Source: Eledone cirrhosa (lineage: Eukaryota). Taken from it: 64,000 nt of DNA. The translations under genes were made by a program, and so were the position numbers. Every line of letters begins with the position of its first letter. Within the stretch, counting starts at the first letter, position 1. Positions 1 through 11,935 of the stretch are shown piece after piece. Under the pieces are notes generated by a model, which was not told the origin of the DNA, did not search any database, and worked only from the letters and a program-made list of their open reading frames with translations. Where the stretch lies: assembly GCA_964016885.1 (NCBI GenBank), contig OZ024741.1, positions 20,522,001 to 20,586,000 of the forward strand, written 5' to 3'.

Positions 1-385
1 GAGTTGCTGAAGCATGGAACAAACTGCCTGCGTCAATTGTTAGCTGCCGAGACACTGCATCCTTTAAGACACTCATGCTTCCCGAAATACGCCAAAACTA
101 CACCTGATGTACCCCTTCCATGCACATGCACACATGTGTGTATCATGACTCGTGCACTGTTCATTTTCCTGATGTTTGTGCATTGCCATATGTACTGTAC
201 ATGCATTTTTTCATGAGTTGTGGTGCACCTGGGCACTGTACACAATATTTCATTATTGTTATTGTTATTATATCATGACTCGTACACTGTTCATTTTCCT
301 GACATTTGTATATTATTCTATGTACTATACATGCACCTTTTATGAGTTGTAGTGCACCTGAGCACTGTACACAATAATTTCATTC
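1..385 (+). mobile_element. 3' end of a CR1/L2-type LINE with tandemly duplicated 3' UTR
   Basis: Frame reads WNKLPASIVSCRDTASFKTLMLPEIRQNYT*, a typical CR1/L2 ORF2 terminus (WNxLP...SFK). A ~115-bp segment occurs twice (141-254, 271-385), each followed by an ATT-rich stretch. Confidence 0.6.
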
Positions 386-654
386 ATTATATAAAACAGC
401 CGTTTATGCTTTTATCAAATTTAAGGTATTTGGCAACCGACTAATATCAGAGGGAAGAAAGCAGCCACCGTCCTATAAAAATGTGTCCTTCGTTGTTTTA
501 AAGCATGGTAGCGGGAAGGAGCGATGTAGTTGCTATTTCTAGCACACTGAGAGGCAGCCACCTTGATAAAAAAAAATTCAAGGGAAGAAACTCTAGTCGT
601 TATTTTCTTTTAAAAACAAGGGAGATAACTCTATTTGAAAGGGTGGAAACAAAT

Positions 655-925
655 TGGAAGATTTGGGGAATATATACATACATACAAGATACACCTTCAG
701 CTTCATAGCCATCATTATTGGAACTACGAGTTATATACCAGCCTGCTTGGACCAAAGTATGATTAAACTTGGATTTTGGGATAAAGAGTGCAGCTCCCTA
801 ATTCATAGATTACAAATGGCTGCGATAGCTGTCACATTCAAACTTTCTTGCGATTCAAGGGATGACAATTTCTTTTTTTTTTTTACCGGTCAAAAATGTA
901 CTCGAAATTAAGAGAAAGAGAAACA
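655..925 (+). mobile_element. R4/Dong-type LINE 3' fragment
   Basis: RYTFSFIAIIIGTTSYIPACLDQSM...LIHRLQMAAIA is homologous to the RLE C-terminus at 32348-32860; same 3' end AATTAAGAGAAAGAGA. Confidence 0.8.
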
Positions 926-1560
926 TACATACATACATATTATGGCTGCCCCCTCGTTATCGCGTATGGCCATTGCACGGTATACCATTATTAATAATTA
1001 TTAATTAATTCTATCGTGCAATGCGTGAAGATTTTTTTTAAAGTGAGGAAAGACTGTGCACTGAGCCAATCCCACTCTCTGACAGTAGCTATAACCCGAA
1101 AAGAAGAAAAGATCAACATAATCGGTAACTACTGAGCCGCAATTTTATGTCAGAGTTATCCCAGTTTCCTGAGTTGCCTTCTCCTAGAAGAATGCCCTGA
1201 CAAAGGCTAGGGGTCCTTCACTCCCAGTGGTTTAACCACACGATCGGGTATCCATCCCGATTATTTCTATGTCCCCGCACATATACATACACATGCATGC
1301 ATGTATATACACACATATATACATATATATATACACATGCGTACATGTATATACATATTTACTCATTTTTGGATGGCCGTTGACTCTTATGCGTTCTTCC
1401 GACCTTTGTCAGGTTTTGTTTTTTTCCTGCAAGGTGTCCAAAATCACCCTCCTCACCATGTAAACTTGGTGGGGTTGCCAGTTTAGTCGCCGACGACCCG
1501 ACCATGCGATAGGTTGTACTGGGTTACATGTTGCCAGAAGCAATCAAGAGTGACTCGACA
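925..1560 (-). mobile_element. Short non-autonomous bipartite RTE derivative (5' region joined to 3' end, (ATGT)n tail)
   Basis: 940-980 matches the RTE 3' end at 1684-1728; 985-1280 matches 11635-11935; 1370-1525 matches 36477-36630; no ORF in between. Confidence 0.7.
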
Positions 1561-1774
1561 TACATACATACATTCATACATACATACATACATACATGCA
1601 CGCATACATACATACATACATACATACATACATACATACATACATACATACATACATACATACATACATACATACATACATACATGATGATGGCTGCCCC
1701 CTCGTTATCGAGTATGGCCATTGCACGAGAAGAAAAAAATTAATAAATAAATAAAAAATTAAATTTAAAAAAAG

Positions 1775-1811
<37 letters not shown>

Positions 1812-4800
1812 CACACATACATACACATATACACACACATATACACACACACACATATACACACATACATTAATAACAACAATAATAATAACGACAACAA
1901 CAATAATAATATACATATACATATATATATACACATACACGCACACACATAAGCATATCTATACACACACACACACGCGATAGCAACTAACAGCGCTGCG
2001 ATCGAATGTGGCTTTTTAGCCCAGCCGATGATCTAAAATGTCTTGCACAGAGTCGGCAACCAAAACATACACTGGGAATAGTCGGCTGTGGTTGGAGTTC
2101 GTGTACTTTTGCATGTCGCTTGAGCCCTCCTGCTGATTTACATTCTCTACCACATGTTTGGCAAGCATGATGAGTAGCATCTCCAACAGCAGCCTGGTAG
2201 TCAACCACTGGTCTTACTTTATGACTGCGAAGATGACTTTCGAGTCCAGCTTTGCTTAGGGAGAGTCTCGCACAGACGCTGCATGTCAGCACCATAAGAG
2301 GACCCTCGCCGTCTGGAAGTGCAACAGCAATGCCCTTCCTCACATCCCGCTTTACTTTCTCGTATGCGATTCGAGATGCCTCAAAGGCAACTTTTCCCTC
2401 ATATACAGTCTTTCTCCATTTATTACGATCAGCAGCAATATTTTCCCATGTATCAGCAGAGATGTTAGCGTCTTTCAGAGAGGCTTTCAAGGAATCCTTA
2501 TACCTCTTTTTTGGTTTATGTGGCGGTCGTTTTCCTTTAACCAACTCTCCATAAAAGAGTTGTCTTGGTATTCTAGAATCCTTCATCCTGGCAAGGTGAC
2601 CACTCCAACGGAGTCGTTGCTTAAGCACAAGAGCTTCTATACTGTCACACATAGAGCTTTCCAAAATCTCGATATCACTGATGTGGTCCCTCCAGTGAAC
2701 GCCATGGATCCGTCTGAGACACATCTGATGGAAACGCTCCAATTGCTTAAGGTGGTGTCGATATGTGACCCAGGTCTCGCAGGCATAAAGAAGACAAGAG
2801 ATCACACATGCCCTGTACACCTTTACCTTTGTCCTCCTGCATATGTCTCGCCGACCCCAGAGTCGCCTTTCTAGCTTTCCGAAAGCATCACTTGCTTTCC
2901 TAATCCTAAGTGAGATTTCACTGTCAAGTTTGCTGTATCGATTGACAGTGCTTCCCAGGTAGACAAACTGATCAACCACTCCAAGTCGTTTGCCATACAC
3001 ATAGATGTTTGGTTCAGTGTACTGCTTACCAGGGGCAGGTTGGTACATGACGACGGTTTTCTTGAGACTGACAGTCAAACCCAGGGCAGTGCAAGCGTCA
3101 GAAAATGCATTCAAAATGTGCTGCATATCACTCTGTGTGCGCAACAAGATCGCAATCATCTGCATACAAGAGGTCTCTTATGATTGATGTAAATACTTTT
3201 GTCTTCGCAGCAAAGCGCCTGATGTTAAATATGCTGCCTGAGGTTCGATATCGGATGTAAACACCATGCTCGCAATTCCTGAATGCAATACAGAAAACCA
3301 TTGCAAAGTATATGGCAAACAGGGTCGGTGCTGGAATATCCCCCTGTTTCACTCCATTTTTTACTGAGATAGGCTCCGACATGTTACCCCCGACATTAAC
3401 CCAAGCCTTCATGTCGTCATGGAAAGACCTAACTAAAGCAAGGAACTTATCAGGGCAACCAAGTTTCTGGAGAACCTTCCATAATGCATCTCTGTTAACA
3501 GTATCGAAATCTTTTGTCAGATCGACAAAAACCTGATGCAGATCCAAGCCTTGTTCCATGCACTTCTCCTGGAGCTGTCTAGCTGAGAAGATCATATCAG
3601 TAGTGCTGCGTCCAACACGAAAACCAGATTGACTTTCAGGAAGAACACAATCTGCAATGTGTGTCAGCAGACGGTCCAGAAGCACCCTACATAAAACGTT
3701 CCCTACGCAGAAAGCAATGATATACCTCTGTAGTTCCCACAATCATTCCTGTTACCCTTTCCCTTGTACAAGACCACCATTACTGCATCTCTCCAGTCCT
3801 CAGGTACGGATTCATTAGCCCATATCCTGCCAAACAAAGAGTGAAGATGTTGCAGGAGTCTCTCACCACCATATTGTAGGAGCTCAGCATGTATGCCATC
3901 CATACCTGGAGATCTTCCACTGTTCAGCTTCGAAATAGCTACTGCAACCTCCACAAGCGTCGGAGGTTCTGCGAGAGCTACTTTCACAGGACTTTCTGGA
4001 ATGAGATTGAGGAAATCTTCACTGACGACAGACGGCTGATTCAAAAGATCATCAAAGTGCTCTCGCCACCTTCGTAGAATTCCTTGTGAGTCACGAAGAA
4101 GTTCTTTGCCATCCTTGCTGCGAAGCGGTGTCACCAGAGAAGAAGATGGTCCATAAACCTCACGCAAGAGACTGTACAACAGCTTTGTGTTATTGGAATC
4201 AGACGCAGTTTGTATCTCACCAGCCTTCTCACTCCACCACTGATCCTTCATCTGAGAAAGACTCCGCCTAACACGTGATTTTACATCCCTGAGTTCCTCA
4301 TGCAACGTATTCCTCTCCTGTGGTTTTGCCGTCAAGTAGCGTGACAGAGCACGCCTCTTATCAGCCAACAAGTCTTCTATATGTACATCATTCTCATTAA
4401 ACCAGTCCTGATGCTTTCTCTGCACCAATCCCAGAACACGCCTGCCTACATCATAAACCGACTTTTTAAGGGTCGGCTAATCCTCACCAAGATCTGCAAC
4501 CTGCATCTCTTCTTCCAATGTCCTCTTCACATTTTTATCCTTAAGACGAGCAGCATTCAATCTTTTGGGCAGGGCAACACCAGGAGCCCGGATTTTACGT
4601 TTAGTGATTAGTTTCACTTTTGCGCGTAGCAGGCGGTGGTCCGTCCAGCACTCAGCTCCACGAAGAACACGAACACACTGCACATCCTGTCTGTCACGCA
4701 TCCTGACTAGGACGTAGTCCAAAAGATTCCATTCCTTAGATGCAGGATGCATCCATGTGGTCTTGAATTTGTTCTTTTGTTGGAACATGGTGTTGGTAAC

Positions 4801-5530
4801 ACACAGATCCAGCTCCTCACACATCTGCAGCAGGAGCATACCATTGTTGTTACACTTTCCCACCCCATGCCTTCCGATTACATTCCATGTGTTAAAATCC
4901 CTACCCACTCTAGCATTAAAGTCACCAAGCACGATGACTTTGTCTGCCTGAGGGATATTTCTTAAAACACCTTTCAAGGCATGGTAAAAGGACACTTTTT
5001 CTTCATCGACAGAATTCATAGTTGGAGCATACACACTCACCAGGGTAGCATATCTTCCCTTGTCCAGCGGAACTCTCATGGACATAAGACGCTCACTAAT
5101 CCCTACTGGGAATTCTTCTAATTTATTCACAAGTACAGTCTTAACAGCAAATCCTACCCCCAGCCTCTCTTCTGGTTCCTTCCTCTCTTCCTTTCCAGAA
5201 GAATGTATATTCTCCACAAAATTCTGTAAGATGACCATCTCCAGCTAACCTCGTCTCAGATAAAGCCACGATGTCAAGATCGTAACGTCGAAGCTCCTTT
5301 GCAACAAGAGCGGTCCTTCGTTCAGGACGCTCCAAGGAATCCCTGTCAAGCAGCGTCCGTACGTTCCAGCAGCCAAGACTAAATGCCTTGTTTGGCTCTA
5401 TTACAATGGCACGATGACGAGCGGGCCCAGGCTGTGATAACCTGGGGCCCCTGCCCTTATTGCCAATTATCTTTTTGGTTCCAGAACCTAAATTGCCAAT
5501 TATATCTTTTATATTGTTCTGGAACATCAT
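1561..5530 (-). mobile_element. RTE-clade LINE, decayed (APE endonuclease-RT-three C2H2 fingers), with (ATGT)n tail
   Basis: ORF pieces 5141-5620, 4477-5238, 3703-4428, 3128-3742, 1987-3165 give WNVRTL, LSETRL, GDFNARVG, TDHRLL, QSGFR, GVKQG, YADD, FVYLGS and three CxxC-x12-H fingers. One in-frame stop (4477) and three frameshifts. Tail is (TACA)n at 1561-1684 on +. Confidence 0.93.
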
Positions 5531-5558
5531 TGAATTGGAAAAAAAAAAAGTAATAATA

Positions 5559-5604
<46 letters not shown>

Positions 5605-5851
5605 TTTCTTTATTAACCACAAGGGTTTACATAAAGTAGACATTAAGGACAGTGCAGGACAATGCAGGACGGTACAAATGGGCATTTCTGCGTGTAAAAA
5701 ACAAAAACAGAGGATGTAACAAAAATAACAATGAAAAATTCCCCAATAGGGGGGAGACTTCGGAGGGACATTTGTGGAGAAAGCCCAGTAAAAAGCCACA
5801 ATGACCCTGACCACCAAGGCAAGTGCCCTCTCCCAGTTTTCCACCTTTAGT

Positions 5852-8800
5852 TTACAGATATATACTCAGAGTCGGCCCATTCACTCGGGCCATTCTTGCT
5901 TCTCTCACCCATCTTTCAACAAAATGCTGGGAAGAGAGCACTTCCCTCTCTACTCTGATTTTCCTTTTCAAATGAAATTTGAAAAAGTCAATCAGAGCAT
6001 CACCGAAGAGGTAAGTGCTCGTCTTCAGCCCTTTCAAACGTGTCCACCATACTATCTCTTTCGCCATGGCCACCAGACAGATAAAAACTGCCTGCCCTTC
6101 CCGGCTAAAGGAGGAGGGCGGGGCAATCCTCACGATGGACTCAGATGATAGCTGGATCCGTCCTAAACTCGACAGCAGGTGTTCGACATAAACCCACAAG
6201 TCAGCAATTTTCGGACACTGGACGAGTGCGTGCAGGACGGTTTCGTCGCCCTGCGCGCATCTCGGACATACCCGGCTGACGGCACCTCCATGCCTGTAGA
6301 GTTTATCCCGAACTGGCAAGGCTCCTCGGTAGCACTGCCAGGCCAGAGATTTCTGGAAGTTGTCCATAGGCCCTGGCCCGAAAGTTCTTCCGAAGAGATT
6401 GGCTAGTTGATTTTCGTCGACGCCTAGAGTTTCCCCAAGTACGTCGTCGCTCTTCCCCTCCACTAATCCTCTATAGAACGCCGAGGTGGAGTTTCCACCG
6501 ATCACATTGCCCGATTGGTCGAGGGCTGTGAGCGCCTGAAGACATTCCAGTCTCCAGGCGCTCCCTCTCGGTCTTCGCTTGACCCAGGACTGCAGCTCCG
6601 TCAAGGAAACGAGCTGGGGAAAAACGCGTCTAGCAAACGGCGACCACACCTGATCACCGTCGAGGAAGAGGTGGAGATGTCGTAGCCTGAGCGCGTGCCT
6701 GCGCATCATCAGCCACGGCATGCCCAGCCCTCCACGTAGCGGGTGTTGACAACAGATGGACCGCCTGACCATCGGAGCACGTCCCTTCCACAAAAAGCGA
6801 AAGAGCAAACGCTCCAGCGCAGTCAGGCGAGGCTTAGGACAAGGTACGACGGTTAGGCGGTAGCAGATGACAGACGCGATGTACGCGTTAGCCACCTCCG
6901 CTCGACCTTTCAGGGATAGCTTCCTCTCCGCCCATTTCTGGGTGAGAGAAGCCACCCTGCTCGTCACCTCGTCCCAGTTTTTGTCCGTCTGGAGGTCCGG
7001 ACCGAACCAGACCCCTAGCAATTTAACCGGTCCGTCCGTCCAGCGCCCGACGACGCTGTTGGACGGCATAGACCTGCCTCTCCAGGTGCCGAGCTGCAGG
7101 CCCACCGACTTTTCCTGGTTGATCATTGCTCCTGTCACCGCTTCGTATTCTCTTAGTGTAGTGCCGATCGCCTCGATGTGTTTGGCGTTCGACACCACTA
7201 CAGTGACATCGTCCGCATATGCTGACACGGATCTTCCGCATCCTAGTTCGCGCGGGACTCCCCTCAACGTCTCCAGTTTGTGCAGTAATGGCTCGAGAGT
7301 CAATACGTACAAGAGGGACGAGAGGGGACATCCTTGGCGGACCGAGCGCATGATGTTGAACGGTTCCGACAGGTGACCGTTCACTCTCACCACAGAGCAG
7401 ATGTCGCTGTGCATGACAGCGATCCAGCCTCTGAAGACGGGCCCAAAGCCAGCCGCCCTCAGGACTGCCGCTAGGTAACGATGGTCGACCCTATCGAAAG
7501 CTTTCGACTGATCTAAATTGATCAAGGACCCACCCGTGCCAGGTTCCTTAGCTACCCTCTCTATGATGTATCGCATGAGGTGGAGGTTGTCGTGGATGGA
7601 TCTGTCGGGAATGGCGCATGTCTGCGCCTCTCCCACCAGACCACCAACGACAAGCGCCAACCTCTTTGCTAGCACCTTGGCCAAAATCTTGAACTCTGTG
7701 TTTAGCAGAGTTATGGGCCGGAAATTGTCTATGTTATCCCCCTTGTTCGGATCCTTTCTCAGCAGTGCCACCGCTCCTCGGCTCACAGAACTGGGAATTC
7801 TCCCGTTCTGTTGCCAGTTGCAGTAGACGTCCGCCAAGAGGCCTCCGAACAAGTCTGGCATCTGTACGTAAAGTTCATAGGGCAGACCATCCAAACCAGG
7901 CGATTTACCCCTTGTGCAGCCAGTCATTGCCTCCCTTACTTCAGCGGCTGTTATCGGCTTTTCGCAACACTTCGCCTCAGTGGCCGAGAGCCGCGGCAGT
8001 CCGTCGAGGTAGACACTAAAGTCCATCCCTCTACCCGGCCCACCGCTGCCCCCGAACAGCTGAGCGAAATGTCGCTGAAAAGCTTCACACATTTGCCCGG
8101 GATCGAGTAGCATCCGCCCGTCGTGGTCCACCAAAGACCGGATCGTGGCTTTGTTGCCACGACGCGCCTCCGCCACTCGGGCCCATTGAACGGCTTTCGT
8201 CCCCTCGTGTCTGAGAGCACGCACCCTTGCTCTGACAACGCAGCCTTCGTGCTTTGCATTGAAGAATTGGTCAAGGGCCAATTTCGCCGCAAGCACGTCG
8301 GTCGCAATGCCTTTGCTAAGCGCCTCGTCTAATTTTCTAACTAGTTCTCCCTCTGCTCTATTTTTCTCTATTGCTAAAGCCTTACTAAACCTAATCGATT
8401 CTATTCTAATCGCTCTTTTCAGAGCAAACCACCACTTGTTGTTGACGATGGCCCCCGTCAACGCCCGCTTAACTAGTTCGCTAATCCGGTCTCTGTAGGC
8501 CTTGCGCGCTGGTAAGGACGCGTTTAGCTTCCAGTAGCCGGGTCCTCGTCTATGAAGCCTATCTAAGTCAAGCACACAGATCACGAATTTGTTGTCCGTG
8601 TAGCTGACTATCTTGAATTGTGGACAGCCTATGCTAGACCTATCTATTTCCCTACAAAATACTCTATCTAGATATGATCTGGATGACCCTATGCGGTTTG
8701 TCCAAGTCCGCATTGGCACATTCGGGAAATCCAATCGGTACGTGTCAGACAGTTCAAAACGCCTGAGCAGGTTGGTGAGGCTCTTGCACCCTCCACCCCT

Positions 8801-9271
8801 ATCCGCTAATCCCACACAGTCCCAGCGTGCATCTAAGATCCCGTTCCAGTCGCCCACTAACACTAAAGAGCGGGACGTTCCAAGAAAGGTCTCCAGACGC
8901 CGGAAGAAATCAGACCGCCCTGCTCCTGTCGGGGCATAGACGGCCACTAGCCTGAAAGCTTGCCCGTCTCCGCTGGTCACGTCCAGCACCACCAGCTTAC
9001 CCTCTGGGTCCAGGAAGATGGCCCGTATGGCGAGATCCAAACCTCTCCGAAAAAGCACAGCAACTCTTCCACCCGATCCAGGACGGCTGGGAGATGCGTA
9101 CACATCGTAGCCGCCGAAGATCGGTGCGAAGGCCCGTGCTTCGGAGATTCTGGTCTCGCTGATGGCCACTACATCTATGTTTAGTGACCTGAGGTCGTTG
9201 AGCAGGTGACCCTGCTTCCATGACGACCCCAAGCCACGCGCATTTATGCTGCCTATTCTGAGTGAGGTCAT
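5852..9271 (-). CDS. LINE ORF2: APE endonuclease-reverse transcriptase-CCHC, 1139 aa
   Basis: INARGL, ISET, VYAP, GDWN, YLDRV, FRPITLLN, DQSKAFDRVDH, VRQGCPLS, AYADDV, CPRC...ETVLHALVQC. Confidence 0.95.
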   Translation of the reverse strand: MTSLRIGSINARGLGSSWKQGHLLNDLRSLNIDVVAISETRISEARAFAPIFGGYDVYASPSRPGSGGRVAVLFRRGLDLAIRAIFLDPEGKLVVLDVTSGDGQAFRLVAVYAPTGAGRSDFFRRLETFLGTSRSLVLVGDWNGILDARWDCVGLADRGGGCKSLTNLLRRFELSDTYRLDFPNVPMRTWTNRIGSSRSYLDRVFCREIDRSSIGCPQFKIVSYTDNKFVICVLDLDRLHRRGPGYWKLNASLPARKAYRDRISELVKRALTGAIVNNKWWFALKRAIRIESIRFSKALAIEKNRAEGELVRKLDEALSKGIATDVLAAKLALDQFFNAKHEGCVVRARVRALRHEGTKAVQWARVAEARRGNKATIRSLVDHDGRMLLDPGQMCEAFQRHFAQLFGGSGGPGRGMDFSVYLDGLPRLSATEAKCCEKPITAAEVREAMTGCTRGKSPGLDGLPYELYVQMPDLFGGLLADVYCNWQQNGRIPSSVSRGAVALLRKDPNKGDNIDNFRPITLLNTEFKILAKVLAKRLALVVGGLVGEAQTCAIPDRSIHDNLHLMRYIIERVAKEPGTGGSLINLDQSKAFDRVDHRYLAAVLRAAGFGPVFRGWIAVMHSDICSVVRVNGHLSEPFNIMRSVRQGCPLSSLLYVLTLEPLLHKLETLRGVPRELGCGRSVSAYADDVTVVVSNAKHIEAIGTTLREYEAVTGAMINQEKSVGLQLGTWRGRSMPSNSVVGRWTDGPVKLLGVWFGPDLQTDKNWDEVTSRVASLTQKWAERKLSLKGRAEVANAYIASVICYRLTVVPCPKPRLTALERLLFRFLWKGRAPMVRRSICCQHPLRGGLGMPWLMMRRHALRLRHLHLFLDGDQVWSPFARRVFPQLVSLTELQSWVKRRPRGSAWRLECLQALTALDQSGNVIGGNSTSAFYRGLVEGKSDDVLGETLGVDENQLANLFGRTFGPGPMDNFQKSLAWQCYRGALPVRDKLYRHGGAVSRVCPRCAQGDETVLHALVQCPKIADLWVYVEHLLSSLGRIQLSSESIVRIAPPSSFSREGQAVFICLVAMAKEIVWWTRLKGLKTSTYLFGDALIDFFKFHLKRKIRVEREVLSSQHFVERWVREARMARVNGPTLSIYL

Positions 9272-9306
9272 GTTTAAAATAGAGTGGAAAAGATGGGAAA
9301 GACCAC

Positions 9307-11403
9307 TTACCGTACTTTTGGTAGAGGAGGGATGGTTTTTACATCCCTTTTCACTTGATCGTCTGGTGAAGGGACCGTTGAATCGTCCCTTCGGCTGGTC
9401 GTCGGCTCTTCTAAGAGAATGTCTGAATATACTCTTCGATTGATGGTTCCTCCTAGGTCCCTGAAATCACCAACTGCGTTGGGGAATTTCGTTTTAATGT
9501 TTGTGTATTGTTTCTGTGCTATTTTTAGCAGTCTTATGTTAGTTGGCGTTTTGATTGGTGCTGGTATTATGTAGTCCTGTTGTGAAATGTCTGTGTGTTC
9601 AATTATGTAAGTCATTAGTTTCTTGTTGTGTGTATTTATTGCCGTGCATTTGTTTTTCTGGGGGTGGGGTGTGGTTCTGCTATTTTCTTGTCGTTGTTGC
9701 TGGGTGTGTGTGTTTTGTTGTTGTGTTTGCGATGTTGGTGCTTGTGGTGGTGGTGTTGAAGGTGTTGTTGGCGGTGGGGTTGTCGCCGGTGGTGATGGTG
9801 GTGCTAGTGTGGGTGGTGATGGTGTTGGTGGTGTTGCTGCTGTGGGTCTCTTTGCAGTAGACTTTACCCTTTTCTCATTTCTTTCCTCCCTTTTCAAAGG
9901 CGACGATGCGCTGCTTCTGCGTTTGTGCCTTCTTACGACCTTTTGCCATCTCTCTCCCACCTCACACTCCATGTCTGATTCTGTGAGGTCGGGGAGGGGT
10001 ACCAGCTCCACTCTTTCATTTGTTGTTGTTGGTGATGTTTGCACTGGAGTCTCTGTTGCAGCTGCATTTGGTATTGTTGTTGTTAATATTTCCACTGCTG
10101 CTGCTGTTTTTGATTTCCGTGGAGTGGGTATGGGTGCCACGGACCTATCGTTCCTGGTTACCGCTTGTCCTGTTGCTGGTAGCCGTGGAGCCGGATTCGG
10201 AAGGAGGGAGGTTTTCTCCTTTCTCAGGGTCTCCTCGTTGCAGAAGGCCCTGAGGTGAGTCTTCGATCCACAGCGAAAGCATTTCGGGCGTTTGCCCTCA
10301 ACACTTATGGGCAGTTGAGTGCCGTTATCGAAGTCTATCACATCCGGGATAGCTTCGATGCACTCCTGGTTGGTTTGGATTAGCATCTCAATGGAGGTGC
10401 CTACCCAATCTTCTCTTACTTTTTTCTGTACTTGCAGTACAGTTGTTTTGTCCTCGATTCCGACGAGGACAGACGCGGCCAGCCAAGAAGGGGCCATTCC
10501 GGGGGGGACGTGGGTCAGTTTGACCCTCACAATTTTTTGCCCGCAGTAGGAGGGCACCAACACCATTTCCTCGCTCCTTAGGGTCACTACGGATTGGGCC
10601 TTTGCCTCCTGGGGTGTGGCAAAAAGTACGTCTACGGTGGCATATTTTTTGCCTCGGGTGATGTGCGTTTTCCGCTGCCACACAGACCCCAAGGCTTTTT
10701 GTATTTGAGCCTCTGTTGCTCTTTCCACCCTACGGGATTTTGTACTTACTGTACGGTACGTGACCGTACAGTGCTGTTGGGTTTCGAAAAATGTTTCCGC
10801 TGCCTTGCAGATTGCTCGGTGTCCATTCTTTGTCACCATCTTCTTCGCTTCCTCTAATTCCTCATTTGTTATGAGGATTGTTTCCAAGTTTTTAGCAATA
10901 CCTGCAAATGAGATTGGTTTTTCTCTGCTGCTGTTGTTGTTGTTGTCGTCAGAGCTGCTGGTACTTTTGTTGTTGCTGCAGGTACTGCGACTACTGCCTC
11001 CGCCGCTGTTGCTGTGGTTGTTGTTGGTGTTGCTGCTGCTAATGCTGTTGTTGTTTATGCTGCTGGTGATGCTGTTGCGGCTGCTACTGTTGTTTTCATT
11101 GTCACTGTTGCTGTTGTTATTACGGCTGCTACTGCTATTATTCCTGACGTCAGACGAATTAACTGGGTTTTCGTATTTCCCGCACACCTGTTTCGTCGCT
11201 GTCGTCGTCGTCGTGGAGAAACCTTGCACGCTTTGCACGAGACTTTTCTTTTCTTTCGTCGCTTGCGAAAGAGAAGGGAGGAAGAGAGACACATTTAAAG
11301 AAGGGAGGGAGAGAGACAATCTTCTCTCTGCTGTAGTGACGATTGAGGAAAAAGAAGACGGAATGAGTGGGAGTGACCTATGCAAATTCTTTTTCGTAGC
11401 CAT
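9307..11403 (-). CDS. LINE ORF1 with CCHC zinc knuckle and low-complexity N/S/T/P tracts, 698 aa
   Basis: CFRCGSKTHLRAFC knuckle; SFAGI motif; lies directly upstream of ORF2; homologous to the ORF1 of copy 3. Confidence 0.88.
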   Translation of the reverse strand: MATKKNLHRSLPLIPSSFSSIVTTAERRLSLSLPSLNVSLFLPSLSQATKEKKSLVQSVQGFSTTTTTATKQVCGKYENPVNSSDVRNNSSSSRNNNSNSDNENNSSSRNSITSSINNNSISSSNTNNNHSNSGGGSSRSTCSNNKSTSSSDDNNNNSSREKPISFAGIAKNLETILITNEELEEAKKMVTKNGHRAICKAAETFFETQQHCTVTYRTVSTKSRRVERATEAQIQKALGSVWQRKTHITRGKKYATVDVLFATPQEAKAQSVVTLRSEEMVLVPSYCGQKIVRVKLTHVPPGMAPSWLAASVLVGIEDKTTVLQVQKKVREDWVGTSIEMLIQTNQECIEAIPDVIDFDNGTQLPISVEGKRPKCFRCGSKTHLRAFCNEETLRKEKTSLLPNPAPRLPATGQAVTRNDRSVAPIPTPRKSKTAAAVEILTTTIPNAAATETPVQTSPTTTNERVELVPLPDLTESDMECEVGERWQKVVRRHKRRSSASSPLKREERNEKRVKSTAKRPTAATPPTPSPPTLAPPSPPATTPPPTTPSTPPPQAPTSQTQQQNTHTQQQRQENSRTTPHPQKNKCTAINTHNKKLMTYIIEHTDISQQDYIIPAPIKTPTNIRLLKIAQKQYTNIKTKFPNAVGDFRDLGGTINRRVYSDILLEEPTTSRRDDSTVPSPDDQVKRDVKTIPPLPKVR

Positions 11404-11634
11404 GTTGTTTTTTTGTTAAAAATAAATATTGGGTACAAAACCCCAATAAGCAGTTATTTAACCCCGAAGGGCCAAATAACGGGCAGAAAGACCCCTCTCA
11501 CGAGGAGGAGGGTGTTTTTGTCTACAAGTTGGTCTAAGTTTTAAACAATTTACAATTGTTAAAGCGTTCAAAATTTACAGTACCTTACAGAGCCGAGCCT
11601 CCGTCAACCATAGCATTCAATAATAATAATAGTA

Positions 11635-11935
11635 CACTATTAATAATTATTAATGCACTCGTGCAATGCCTGTGCGTGACGAATATTTTTAAAGTGAGGA
11701 AAGACTGTGCACTGAGCCAATCCCACTCTCTGAGCGACAGTAGCTATAATCCGAAAAGAAGAAAAGATCAACATCACCGGTAACTACTGAGCCGCAGGTT
11801 TTATGTCGGAGTTAACCCAGTTTCCTGAGATGCCTTCTCCTAGAAGAATGCCCTGACAAGGGCTAGGGGTTCTTCACTCCCAGTGGTTTAACTACGCGAT
11901 CGGGCATCCAGCCCGATTATTTCTATGTCCCCGCG
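11635..11935 (-). mobile_element. 5' UTR segment of the RTE, displaced by the Tx1-like insertion
   Basis: Highly similar to 985-1280; carries CCCTTGTCAGGGCATTCTTCTAGGAGAAGG on the minus strand; same orientation as the RTE ORF. Confidence 0.65.

Larger units (their letters stand above)
5603..11618 (-). mobile_element. Full-length L1/Tx1-type LINE (copy 1) inserted in the 5' region of the RTE
   Basis: Two long ORFs, AATAAA-containing 3' end, (AAT)n-rich flanks on both sides with TAATAATAATAGTA at 5551-5564 and 11621-11634. Confidence 0.92.

Noticed and set aside
9555-11419. Long hydrophobic + strand ORFs (also 59694-60203)
   Set aside because: Antisense shadows of low-complexity LINE ORF1 sequence.
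11700-11935. HDV-like ribozyme in the RTE 5' region (also looked at 1370-1560)
   Set aside because: I could not assemble the nested double pseudoknot by eye; a descriptor search is needed.
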